Assembly (NCBI GenBank): GCA_036172245.1
Contig: JAYWIR010000003.1
Span: forward strand, 4,898,001 to 4,962,000
Direction of reading: 5' to 3'
Source: Raillietiella orientalis
Taxonomy: Eukaryota
Length of the DNA stretch: 64,000 bases
Numbering within the stretch: position 1 is the stretch's first letter; the number at the start of each line of letters is the position of its first letter. A model generated the notes under the pieces. It saw nothing but the letters and a program-made list of their open reading frames with translations. It had not been told where the DNA came from and made no database searches. Positions 47,601-59,148 of the stretch are shown here, one piece after another. The position numbers and the translations under genes were made by a program.

Positions 47601-49559
47601 ATTGCCATGGATACGCCCGGGACGGCCATCTCTGCCTTTACAACCTGCGGTGCGATTTCGCTTATGCTCATGGAATTTTCGCCGTGAATGCGGGTTTCTT
47701 TCTTTTTTTTTTCTTTGAACGATGCAGCGAAAATCTCGGTCCCGACGTTTGAAGACCCCGAAAACTGCAAGACTCCAAGTGTTCTTTCCAGCATGCCACC
47801 GCTCCCTGTCATTAATGTCATGTCCGCATCATTAACGATCGCTCCCTTGGCGTTGCGCTTTGATTGAGGTCGGTGATTCTGCCTTTCCGCATGCAACCAG
47901 ACGGTGCAGGTGTGCGTCTTCGCTCGCGGGATGCTGAGACGGAGAGGTCCACAGGGAGTCCACCTTGCCTGATGCCGAGCAAGGGCATCGCACCGAGGCA
48001 AAAAGAGGAACATTACCCACCCCCCTTTTCTACCCCCGCCCCCTGCAGTTGCGCGTGCACGGCTTGGTGGGAGAAACCATGAAGCGGAGAGAGCAGCTGC
48101 TTCATTGCCGTCGCATCCTGGATGAAGTGGAATACCCTCGTCTCTTTCGGCCACGAGAGGGTCGCCCTCCCCTACGGTGGGAACCGGAAGCTCTCGGCTC
48201 TAATGGGATTCGGGACCCACTACAGGTGTGTAAGCGCGAAGGGGGCTAAAAACGGTGGGTGCAGGATCTCCCTCTGGAAAGGCTCAAGAGATGGCACTGA
48301 GAGCGCAGCGGGCAAACTGGCGAAGGAAAACTCAAAGTCCCTACTTTGCGGTCGTGTGAGTCCGTAGAAGCCCCGAGACCAGCTGCCCCCAGTTCTCCTT
48401 TCCCTTGGCAGTGCGAGCCGACAGGCAGCCGCTGCTCCGGGCTTTTTCCACTGTTACTCTACGTGACTGGGGAAAATGCCTAGTTATTCCTGACGAGACC
48501 TTTTCGGTCAGGCACGACGCGGACAAGCACCCTACTCGGACGAGGGGTGGGGGACGGGGAGAAGGACGCCTTCGCATCATGAACAGGCGCGCGAGGTTTC
48601 GTGCGATGGCGATTTCTTCGAGGCAGTTGTGCCATGAGCATCCTTGAACTGTGCGTGCGCGGTCCCCGAGGAGCCCTAGCCGCAGGAATAAGGTGGAAGA
48701 GGGGCGATTCTGTTCGGAGGCGTCTCCGGCGATCGTTCCAACGGTCGGGCCTCGCCTCGTACGGCTGCGTCGCCCCCGTGCCAGGAAGGGAGAGAGGGGG
48801 TTGGGATCTCCTCGCACCTTGAGAGGGTCATCGTCTCCTCAGGCGGCTGTCCTCCGTCCAAGGCCTGCCGGAAGCGCACTCGTTCCTCGAAGGACTCTCT
48901 TGGAGGAGCAGAGCACAGAGAACGCGGACGTGGGCGAGGAGGAAGGAGGTAGGAAGGGCTGCTCTTCTCCCGGATAGCTCCCCTTCCCCTCCTGCTTCCT
49001 CTCGCAACAGATCCCGGGAAAGGACCGAGGGGAAGGGCTCGGGCGCGCACGGCCTCCCATTCTCATTTCCCCGTTCCTGCCTATCGCTGACTGCCTAAAA
49101 CGGGGAGGCACACGAACAGCAGCCGGCGTTCTCCTCCTCCCCCCCCCCCTCCCCTGGAGATAACCCGGGGAAGCGGATCACGCGGGAGGATCGCGATTGG
49201 CGGCAGCGGGGAGGCAGGATCCGAGCACGGCTGGGCAGACGCCTCTGCTGCTGCCGGACCACGGTGCTTCGCCTCTCCCTCCGCCACGCTTAGCCTCTCT
49301 ACCTACCCCCACCCTCGTCCGTCTCTCTCCCCTCACCCTTAAGGGGGAAGGGAGCATATCTTCTCCTGTGGAGGCAGCTCAGCGACTTCCCTGGGCCGGC
49401 TCCTCAAACGTGATGCGAGCACCTCGTCGCAGCAACCAAGCGGCACCACAACCGCCCACCCAGCGCCATTATTCCCTGCTGCGGCGAAATCCCCAAGCAC
49501 TTCCCGAAGCTCCGTGCTGCGGAGTGGACCTCCACCAGGGAGAATCAGAACGATCCTGC

Positions 49560-51360
49560 AGGAGGGACGGCCGCTCCATGGAAGGGCGGTGGCTCTCGCC
49601 GTCGGACTTGGGGCGCTCCATCCCCGCGGTCCTGGGACAAGGGCCGCAGCCCCTTTTCGAATGATGAAGCGGTTCCCGTCGTGTAGCCTCCCGGTTCCAC
49701 ACTCCTCGCTTGGAAGAGAGTGACCGTGCGGCGGCGCGAGACACCGCGCAGCGGGGACCTGAAGGGCAGCGGCAGCTTCCGGAATGGGACGAGTTCGGGA
49801 GCTCCGTCGCGGTGGTCAAGCACCAGGCGGTGAGGCGAGGGTTGGGAAACTCCGGTGCTCCTGTGGGAGCTTTCACGTCTTTTCGGGCGCAGCCGCTCCG
49901 TGGGGGCGCGTGACATCGCGCTAGCATTGACTCGCGCAATGACCTGGAAACCGCCGTTGCACGAGGAGGTGGCGTGGGCGTGGGAAAAGACGAAGTTTCC
50001 TTCCACCGCCACGGGGCACCCAGGCAGTGCGAGGCTGCAGTCTGCATCCCGCAGAACTCGGGCACGTACATCCCACTTGAACCCGGACGCCTCCTGCGCG
50101 CCGGAACCTCTCAGCACCGTCCTCGAGCTACGGGCCCAGAATCCGGATTGCGGACTTGTGCGCTCCACGTCGGGACGACGGTCTCGACCTCCTGGCGCTG
50201 AAGCGGCTGGAGCGTCAACCCCCGTTCCGGATAATTTCCCTTCATGGCGAAGAGTTGGAGCACCACCTGGTGCGGCCAGCACGCCTCCTCGCCGAGCAGG
50301 CCACCGGCAACGCGGGACTTGCATCCTGACTTGCACTTCGAAGCCCTATCTGCCACTGCGGACTGCAGCTTCGGAGGGCGGCCAAACTCTTCAGGACCAA
50401 CCCAGGATGGATCTCCATTCGCCCCGCGAACGGTAGTGCCTGGCTTCAGGAAACCGTTCGCCTGTGGCAGGATCCACGAGCAACGCTCGGAACAGATGCG
50501 AAGATTCCTGTTCGCGCGGCACAACAACCGCCATCTCCGAGTGATCCTCGAGGATCCCCGAAAAAGCTCGTGGGCAGGAAGAACTTCCCTTGCTGCGGCG
50601 TTGTCCTCTCTCGGGGAACATCTGCGCAGCGACAGCGCGGCAAAATGGAAGGTTTTTGTTAAAATCTCTGGGACGGAGAAGAAGATCGGGGAATGGAAGA
50701 CGGGTCAGCTCACCAACGCTGCGACCCCGAGTAACACCCCAAATGGACTCTTGCTCTGGGGCGAGCTGCTGGATGTTCCGGTGGAACACCTGAAGTGGCT
50801 CCCGGGGCTGATGGACACGCGCACCCTCCCATGAAGTGGCAGCAGTCGGCGCTTTTGGTGCTGCATTGGGGTCTCCCTTGCAACGCCCGCCGTCACTACT
50901 GGACGTGGGAAGGTGTTGGCCCCCCCATTGTGTTAGGTGCGGGAAGAGGGAATCCCTCCCCCATCTGTTAATGGATTGTGCTGCCCTCCGATCCCTATGG
51001 GGACGCTTTGCCGCGACCCTGGGAACTACCGAAGGCAACTCCAGGGACGTTATAAAATCCCTCTTCGTTCGCGACGCGCTGTGGCCAGCGGTCTCTCTTG
51101 CAGCCTTGTGCTGCCTACGCAGGATCGTCGCAGCCTGGAATAAAGCAACGGGAGGACTCAGCGACAGGGATGCCATCCATTTTGCCGTCCAATTCATCCG
51201 TATAGCGACGCGATGGTTCCACCTGGAAGTCAACATTCAGGAAGAACTTACCGGCATCCTCGAGAGGATGTGACGACCATCCAGCAGACTGCGATCCCTT
51301 CCCGCGCTCTCCCCAGTTCTTTCATTTATTTTTGACTTTTGTTTTTCTTATTATTTATAC
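49560..51360 (+). mobile_element. Decayed, internally deleted L1/Tx1-clade ORF2 with C-terminal zf-RVT and T-rich 3' end
   Basis: CVRCGKRESLPHLLMDC..LRSLW in ORF 50836-51273 is a CCHC zf-RVT motif. Upstream remnants: PRGPG, EWDEF, PFAPRTVVPGFRKP...QMRRFL. Frameshift near 50830; T-rich tract 51319-51358. Confidence 0.7.
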
Positions 51361-51689
51361 CTCCCTCCCCTCTGCTACCGAGGTGGACTGTATCGGTCTG
51401 CGAACCAGTGATCCGGCAGGTTTTGTATATCTAGCGCGTGGCTGGACTACTGGCTCAGCCACAGATTCTTCAGATGTTTTATTCGAAAGAATAAACGCCC
51501 CTGCGCACCCGGGTGGGCATCGGGCTACAAGCGTACTACGGACCGCCGCTGCATGGCACGTGCCCTCAGGGGGAGGCACTGCAGTCGTGGCTGGCACAGG
51601 CGCATCCCTTGCGAACTGCGAGCGGGCATGAGTGTATGTGGGGGGTGGGGTGGGGGAACTTTTGGTGCTCCAGGGTGCGGACGAAACAT

Positions 51690-51785
51690 CCGGAAGCATC
51701 TTCCTTTCCCAGGCGGGATTCGAACCCGCGAATCGGTCTGGTGGTGCCACGTGCAGAGGCCGCAGCCACGCGGCTCGCGTTGGCA
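51690..51785 (-). mobile_element. tRNA-derived SINE-like head (degenerate)
   Basis: Perfect T-arm/B-box GCGGGTTCGAATCCCGC (complement of 51713-51729), preceded by a weak A-box-like GCGTGGCTGCGG; no full cloverleaf. Confidence 0.45.
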
Positions 51786-52463
51786 ACGGTCGCCGCCGCT
51801 GTATCGTTCCTGCGCTGCAGCTCGTCATGCTGTGCGGGGTCGCCCAAGGCGGTGGCCTCTCCGAAGTGCGGCGCCTCAAGGGTGGGTGCCGCGGATGCGG
51901 ACATCCACCCTCAGGGGGCATGAACAGCGTCAAAGAGGTTCGTGATCCCCCTCCCTCCCCCCAAGGGGACGACCGGTTCTTCAGTACTCCTTAAGAATTA
52001 AAAAAATGAGAGAAAGGAGAACCTGGAACGAAAGCCGGAGAAGTGGAAACCAAGAAGAGCTCCCTCTTCTTGGTGCCGACCAAACGAGAGTGAGAGCATT
52101 CCACCACGTTCTCCTTCTTGGAACCAAAGGGCAAAAGCGCAATATCAACGGAAGGCCCATGCTGGGTCGGACCGCCGAGCTACGGCAGCCACGCACGCAA
52201 GAAAAGGGGAAGGAAGAAACGGCGGCGTCGGAAACAAAGCCGGCGCCGGGAATCAAAAAGAGTATCCGTTTCCAGCCGACGACTCTTCTTTAGTGCTGTT
52301 CCGTCTTTCCATTCCTTTGAAATGGAACTTCCGCTCTGCACTTGCTAGCCAGGAGATGCAGAGGTCTTCTTTCAGCTGGACAGTAGCAGACATCCCCCTG
52401 AGCTCTGCCTTCGTTCATCTCGTTCTAAGAAACAACCACACTTTGTAGAAGGAGCCTCGATTC

Positions 52464-52550
52464 AAAGAAGGAGAGGAAAAAGAAGAGGAAAAAAAGGAGG
52501 AAGAGGAGGAAGAGGAAAAGAAGAAGTAGAAGAAGAAGAAGAAAAAGAAG
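52464..52550. repeat. Polypurine (GA/GAA-rich) low-complexity tract
   Basis: About 85 nt of almost pure A/G. Confidence 0.9.
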
Positions 52551-55500
52551 ATGGTTTCCCGTAGGCGCAGTCAAAAATGCATTTCAGGGAGCCACAAAAG
52601 GAGAACCCACTCAGGTTCGCCTCACCTGTTTCAAACGGCTCCCACCAGTCCACCTCTACGCGTGGACATTTCGATTTCGGATAGTCGGGTGAAAGCGGCT
52701 CTCCGTTTGTTCCCCTACCCTCTTCTCCCACTACTTTGAGATGGACCTGAGGTCCTCTGGAAAAAGGGGAAGCAAGCAAAGGGAACTGCCTGAATGCGCC
52801 AAAATTTTGCCGGTCCGTTGTGATTTCAGGTCGTGCTCATGTGGCAACCCTGTAAAGCCGCGTCTGCGCCCGAGCAGAGTCCTCGAGAGCCAGAGAGAGG
52901 GCCTCTGCTGCCTCGGGGAAAAATCGGTCGCCGATGCTTTGCCGAAGATGTCACTTCCTGTCGATGGGCGCACGCCGATCCGGGAGCGGCGCTGGACTTT
53001 CCCTGATCGTAACGGGACGAGTTTCCGCCCGGTCTACCGTCCGTGAGGGGTCGGCAATCCCGACCCTGCCAGGATCGGGTGACGCCCCCTCTCGCCAAGT
53101 GAGCCCCTTCCCTTTCCCGGCAGTCCCTTCTTCCGCGTGGGTTTTACCTTCGCAGACCCGAAGCTCCGCCACGAAGACGCCCGCCGCGTTCCCTCTTCCC
53201 GACAAAGGGAGCAAGGGAATCCCCGCTTTCCTCCTCCTTTTCGCTCCGTGAAGCATCCGCTCTCCTTCTGTCCGCGTGGTTCCCTCCCCATTGCTCCGCG
53301 GCGACATCTGGCTTCGCGCTCTGTTAGCTTCCCTCGCAGCCTCCCTGCGCCTGCTGTCACCAAGCTCTCCCCTCACCGCGCCACCCCGGACATCCGGGAG
53401 ATGCCCGGTCCGACCCTGCTGATCCAAGCAGGGATGCCCTCTGTGCGTGCCCTCGGGTGATCCTCGTGAAGTCAGATGCCCCCTCGACTCTGCTGGCTCC
53501 GCTTCTTCCCCCTTCCCGCGCTCACGCAAGCTGCCCGCAGCGGATCCGTTCGGGTCCAGCGGCTGCGTTGCTTCCAGCCGTCGGGCTTGAATCTTCTCCT
53601 CTCACTGCCGCTCTTCGGGACCTTCCTGCTCCGGACCGCACCCGGGCGTCCGAGAATACTCCGGGTAGCTCGGCCGAGGGAGCGGAAGCACCCTGACCGG
53701 TTTCCAGGAAGGGGCGGCATCCTCGAGGGCGAATGCCTTTCCCTGCCCTCCGGCACACCTCGTTCCCGATCGGTGATCGTCCCCTGCCACGACACCATCT
53801 TGGCTGAATTCCTCGCGTCCCGGAAAAGGAGTGGAAAAGACGCAGGGAAGAAGAGCCACCGCCTCCGCTCGCGGCGATCCCTCTTGCTTGCGGAGGTTCG
53901 CGTCGCCCGGGAATAGGGAAAGGGGGAAGCCACGGATCGGCCGCGCCCTGGGGACGAGCGCCCCCCTTCTTGCTGCCCCGCCTCCGCGGATGTCGGCTGT
54001 GCGAGGAAGCGCCTTCTCCCCCCCCCCCCCCCCTTCCACTTCTCTCGTCGGGGTCGGGTGCGTTTCGAGTTCTTCCCATCCCTCCAGAGAACCCTCCGGT
54101 TCCGTCCGCTGCCACGGCGGTCCGCGCGCTTTCTGTGCCTCCCGGAGGTTCCCGCGGAAGGGCGCGCGGCGGCCCGTCTGGCAGCTGCCCCTCCTCTGGG
54201 GCAGACGCCCGGACCCGAGCTGTGGCGCTCACTGTGCCCGACCCTCCCTGAGGGCAGCACCCTGTCGGTGGCATGCGGGAGGTTCGCCACCGTCCTTCAC
54301 CAAGGCCGGGAACCCTCCCTGCCTCCTCCCCCCCCTGAGACTCATTCCCGTCACCCTCATGGGAACAACGGCCTTGTCCTAGGAATCGAATAGGGAGCGA
54401 ACAGGATCCTTGGGAGTCCTGCACGGAGCCGTTCCCTCGTCCCTCAGGAGGTTCCCAGAGGTCCCCGCCCTTCTTCCTCGATGACCCCTCCTCCTCTCCC
54501 CGCCTCAGGCGGAGCGGGCGTGCCTCCGGGCAAGAAGACGCGGACCCTCTCGGAAGCCGCGGCCCTCGACGAAAGGGGAATCTCCGCTCCCTTTGGATCT
54601 TCGCTGACGTCCCGGAAGCTCCCACGCGGTTGTGTTCCCCCCCGCGCACGATCCGCGGGAGTGCGCGCCATCGTCCGGGATTCGGAAGGAGGGGCAGGTG
54701 CCAGGACACGGGGAGGCGCGCGGCGGGTGGTCGGCGTGCAGGAACACTCGAACAGCCGAGGAGACGCCCCGCTGAGGGTCAGCAGGGAGGGAGCGGGGGG
54801 GGGCGTCATAGGACGCCCATCCGACTCCCTTCGCTGACAGGCAGCAGACGGGCAGAATCCCCGGCGGTCGACGCTCTCCTGGCGGAAAAAGAAGAGGTGG
54901 TGGGCCCGGCCCCTCTGGTTGCCATGGCACCCTCCGAGGTACTCTGCACCATCCCCCCAGTGCACGCTGACCCCGGTGCTCGTGGGGCTTCTCGCACCTC
55001 CCTTCACCCGGGGACGCTGCCCACGGGCAGGAAGGGGTCGTCTCCTAGTTCGCACCCCACACCGTGGTGCTGTGGTCGCATCACCTCGAGCGGCCCTTCC
55101 TCGGGTCACCGACGCGGACCAACGCAGCCTGAGGGCTCCCATTTGCGTGTGCGTGGTGGTGGCGGTCTCGAGGGACCCCACTCCAGGACCCTGGCTCTCT
55201 CCGGGTGCCCTCATCACGGGCCGATCCCTCCGGTCCCTCTCTCCCCGTGAAGACCTCGTCTTCTTCTCTCCTGCCGTCTTTAGTCCGTCGTCGTCGTCGG
55301 CGGCTCTTCGTGGAACCTCGCCAGAGGTGAGGGGAGGCGTCCCTCCTCGGGTCAGCGGAGGCCATGTTGACTGAAGTGTCCACGGGCGAGGAGAGCGCTC
55401 GGAGAGCTCTCCGAGGTTTCCCACTTTTTCCCGCTCCGATGCGAAGGGGAGGGGGAGGGGGTCAAGAAACCCTGCGAGCAGCTCCAACCCGCCGGCCATG

Positions 55501-58500
55501 GGTCGCTGCTCTCCGCTCCTCTGGGGAGCGAAGACGGACCGCGAGGAATGCCATCTCTCGAAGAACCCTGGAAAGGCCTCCTGGCCCGGGAAGTGGGGCT
55601 CCGGCAGCACCGGGAAGGAGCGCCCTTGCTCCCCCTCCCTTCCGCTTCCGTCGGCTTGCTGGAGGGCTCGCGTGCCCGTGATTTCTTTCCACAGAGGATG
55701 GCCGTCGGACCCTTCCCGCTGTGGCTACGTAGAGCCCGTTGAGACAGGCGCGCAGTACTCCCCGTGACGTCACCCAACGCGCTTTTTCGATTCTCGCGAC
55801 GCATGCGTGCTCCTGCCGAACTGTTGCTGGCTTCACGAAGGCTGCCTTTGCCCCCCCTTCCCGGGGCAGTGGGGAGGAGGTGGTGGGGTGCGCCGTCGTC
55901 CCTTCGGAATTTTTCCTTCCTTGCCGTGCGATTGCCAAGGATGGAAAGGGTGGTCCAAGGTGCCTGCTCGGGTTGGGAGGGAAGGAAAAATGAACGGGCA
56001 AGCCCGAGGAAACACGAGCGCTGCTCTCTCCGCGCCCGGACCCCATCTCCGCGTCGGTCGCTCTCACCCAGCTAGGGTGCACGCGTGGGGATGAACGCGG
56101 CTGCTGCTTCGGTGGGCACTGACGGTGTGCGTCCGGAGAGCTCTGTAGGTGCGAAAACGTGGCTCGAAAGCGCTGCCTTACTTTGCGGTGGCGCCTCTGC
56201 ACGAGGCAGACGCTGTCCGCTGCTATTGGTTACGATTGTTGCGACTGGAAAAAGGGGCGACATTGCGCCTCGGATCCCAGTTGGTTCTGTCTGGTCCGGC
56301 ATCTGCGGGTTGGTGGATCTCGACTACGTTACAAGGTGCAATGTGTGGAACGGAAAAAGGAAAAAAAAACGTGTGGAGGAGGAAAGAATGATCCGCTTCG
56401 AACAAGTTTTCGGAGGCATCCTTGAGATGGTGAAGTCCGCTACTGATGTAAACACGGCAGGGTTTATGTGTTGAATGCCGGTTCCGTGTATGCCAGTACT
56501 GTTGACGCTTTTAGACATGGACTGAACACGTGTTGACCGCAACGGTGCTCTTCTGCTCTTATATGCATTAGGCAGTGTAGCTGTGTAACGCAACCTTTGC
56601 GTGGAATGCACATAATTTGTAAAAATATGCATACGTACACCGCTAAAATACTAGCGGATTTATGTGTTGTACTATTAATTTATATGCATATATATTGATA
56701 TTACAATACGATCATCGTTTATATATACATCGAATACGATGCAAACAGGAAGGATTGGGATGGCAATGGTGCCTAGGAAGTCAGCTGATGAGGAGGGGGA
56801 TAGCGTACCCCATACTAACCGATGCATGTTCAGCGGGCAGGTGGTTCCGTGCCGTTAGGGAAAGATTTTGTGTGTCGAGGTTCGGAGAGCTCTCGGTCTG
56901 ATCCACATGGCAGGAGCTGATTTCCAACTTTACCTTCGCCCAAGGGAAATACAGAGCAGCTCCCGGCAGAAGGATCCTGAGCAGGTTCTTAGAAAAACCA
57001 CTTTGCTGATTTGTATCGTGTCGGGCATCCGTTCCGTCTCAACTGTGGAGGGCTGGGCATGGGGAAAATGAAAGTGGAAGTGTTGAGATGCGAAAGGAAA
57101 AGTGCAGCCTCTCCTCTCTGTCTGCCGAAGAAAGCAGCCGTTTGCAGTTTTTCGGATTCGTAGTCCGAGTCGCGCAGAAACTTACCTGTCCCTCTCCCTG
57201 GTGAATGATGCGGAAGATTGGGAAGCAGAGATCCTTAGACGGGAGGAGAGAGAGAGAGAGAGTGAGGGGAAGGGGGGGGGAGGAAGGATTGTGCTTTACT
57301 GACTGGATCTGCTGAACTGCAAGAGCGACAAATTACTACCTGTAAACACGCGCTCAATGAAACGCGAAACTCAATACAGAAAATGACGATCCACAAAGAA
57401 CAAAACACCAAAGTGGGCACGAAGTTTCCAAGCTGACGAGGTAAAAAGGGGGAAAGGAAGCAACCTGACATCAGCATGGTGTACGTCCACCAATGGAAGG
57501 AGTGGGCACCGGCAATACGACCTTGTGTGCTCGTCAAGTGCACCTTGGTAGAGGGCAAGAAGTCTGGTTATGTCCCCATGTTTCTCTTTCTACTTCGCTG
57601 TTTTCCTTTTTATGTTGTTGTTTTTATGTGTGCGTGCTTTTAATCCTCACAGCTTCTCTTCCTCAGAATCATTCCACTTTTATGCCTTCCGTTCATCCTG
57701 GACTGATCAGTTTGGTATCCGCGTAACGGGAAACATTCCGATTTTCTTCTGCCCCCACAATAAATGGGAAGAACAATTGAAATTGTGTCTTGTCAGGAGT
57801 CTAGAAATCCGATTATACCTCCGTAAGGTTCCTTTCTACAAACTTTCGAAAGGGAGATAAAACCTAGAAATCTGGAGCTTTTGTTCCTTTTGGTAATCTT
57901 CAGCCCTCAGAAGTTACAAACTGAAGATGGGGGTCACCATGAGCAGGGAGAACGAGTCACGTTCAACTAGCTGACGAATCCAATTGAGCAAATGGAAGAG
58001 GGGGGGGGAGGAAGGAGCAGGGTTTGTGAGGACCTGAATCCTCTGGTGCTGCGCCTTTCGTCCTCTCCGAAGTTCTGCGGCAACAAGCAAGCTTACTGGA
58101 TAAAAAGCAAACCAAAAACACTGGAGAAAGGGACCCAGCAACATCCACGATCCAGAGTACAGTCCAGACAGACAGCTGCTTCTTGCTCCGAGACTAGATT
58201 TGGCTTCGTAAACGCTTTCATCACAACGAACACGTGAATGCCATCAAGTGGATCTCTTGGTATCTGCAGCATCACCTTTTTCACTTCAGGTTGGGGATTG
58301 AAAACGAAACTTCATGATTCTCGTAAGTGGAACGCGAGCTCGCGGAAACAGGGCGTGCTGAAGAGCATTGAGGCTGCTGTTCATGGTACCGTCTCTGTCC
58401 TTGGAACGTGATTCACAAAATCAGGAACTACATCTCGAGTTCTCTGAAGCCGGTGCTCCGCTCAACGTTTTTCGGCTGCGAATGCCGGAACTATTCTCGC

Positions 58501-59148
58501 AAAAACGTGACATGCACTAGTGTTGACACTGCCGTGACCAAGTGTGCACGTGAAGCCGAGCACAAGCCCGTTCTGAAACACCCGAGATGAAGTACGATGC
58601 GACAGTGTATGGACGACTGCCATCAAAAACCTCACATTTCCAAGGTAATAAAACTTTAATCTCAAGGGCAAATCCCAAACATCGTCTAAGCCATAAATTG
58701 ACCGGGAACTTGCACTGTGGGTGCACGGAACACACCTGATGCGGATTGCACATTGTGGAGACGACAGGGAATCAGAAAGGGGAGCAGAGCTGATTAGCAT
58801 GCACACATACTAATCTGTGCGTGAGCATTGATTTCCGGGTCTCTTTCTTCATACCAGCCTCAAAACATCCAAAAAATAAATTCTCCTCTTCTTTTTCGTC
58901 CAATGGAAATGCAACGTTTGAAGAAATTCAGATCATAGCACCGTTATCATCACCAGTGACGATAAAGTGTTCGTAAATATTCGCTAGAGAAACTTGCTCC
59001 AAACGAAAAAAGAAAAAAAATATAAATCTCCTACTGAAAGCACACTTTAGTGACGTAAGCAGACCATTCTGCATTGGCGACGCTTGAATCACAGCTACAT
59101 GAACTGGATCGTTTATAATGAATCTTTAAAAGGCGAATGGTCAAGCGT

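Noticed and set aside
48489..48513. Hammerhead-like CTGACGAGACC...GGTC
   Set aside because: The required GAAA after stem II is absent (AGGC).
48400..48650. Possible Gypsy RNase H remnant
   Set aside because: Similarity too weak and no catalytic motif intact.
51690..51785. Functional tRNA gene
   Set aside because: Only the T-arm is intact; there is no acceptor, D or anticodon stem, so it is kept as SINE-like.
52900..56100. Long ORFs 53522-54709 and 54444-55610
   Set aside because: Low-complexity GC-rich translations with no family motifs.
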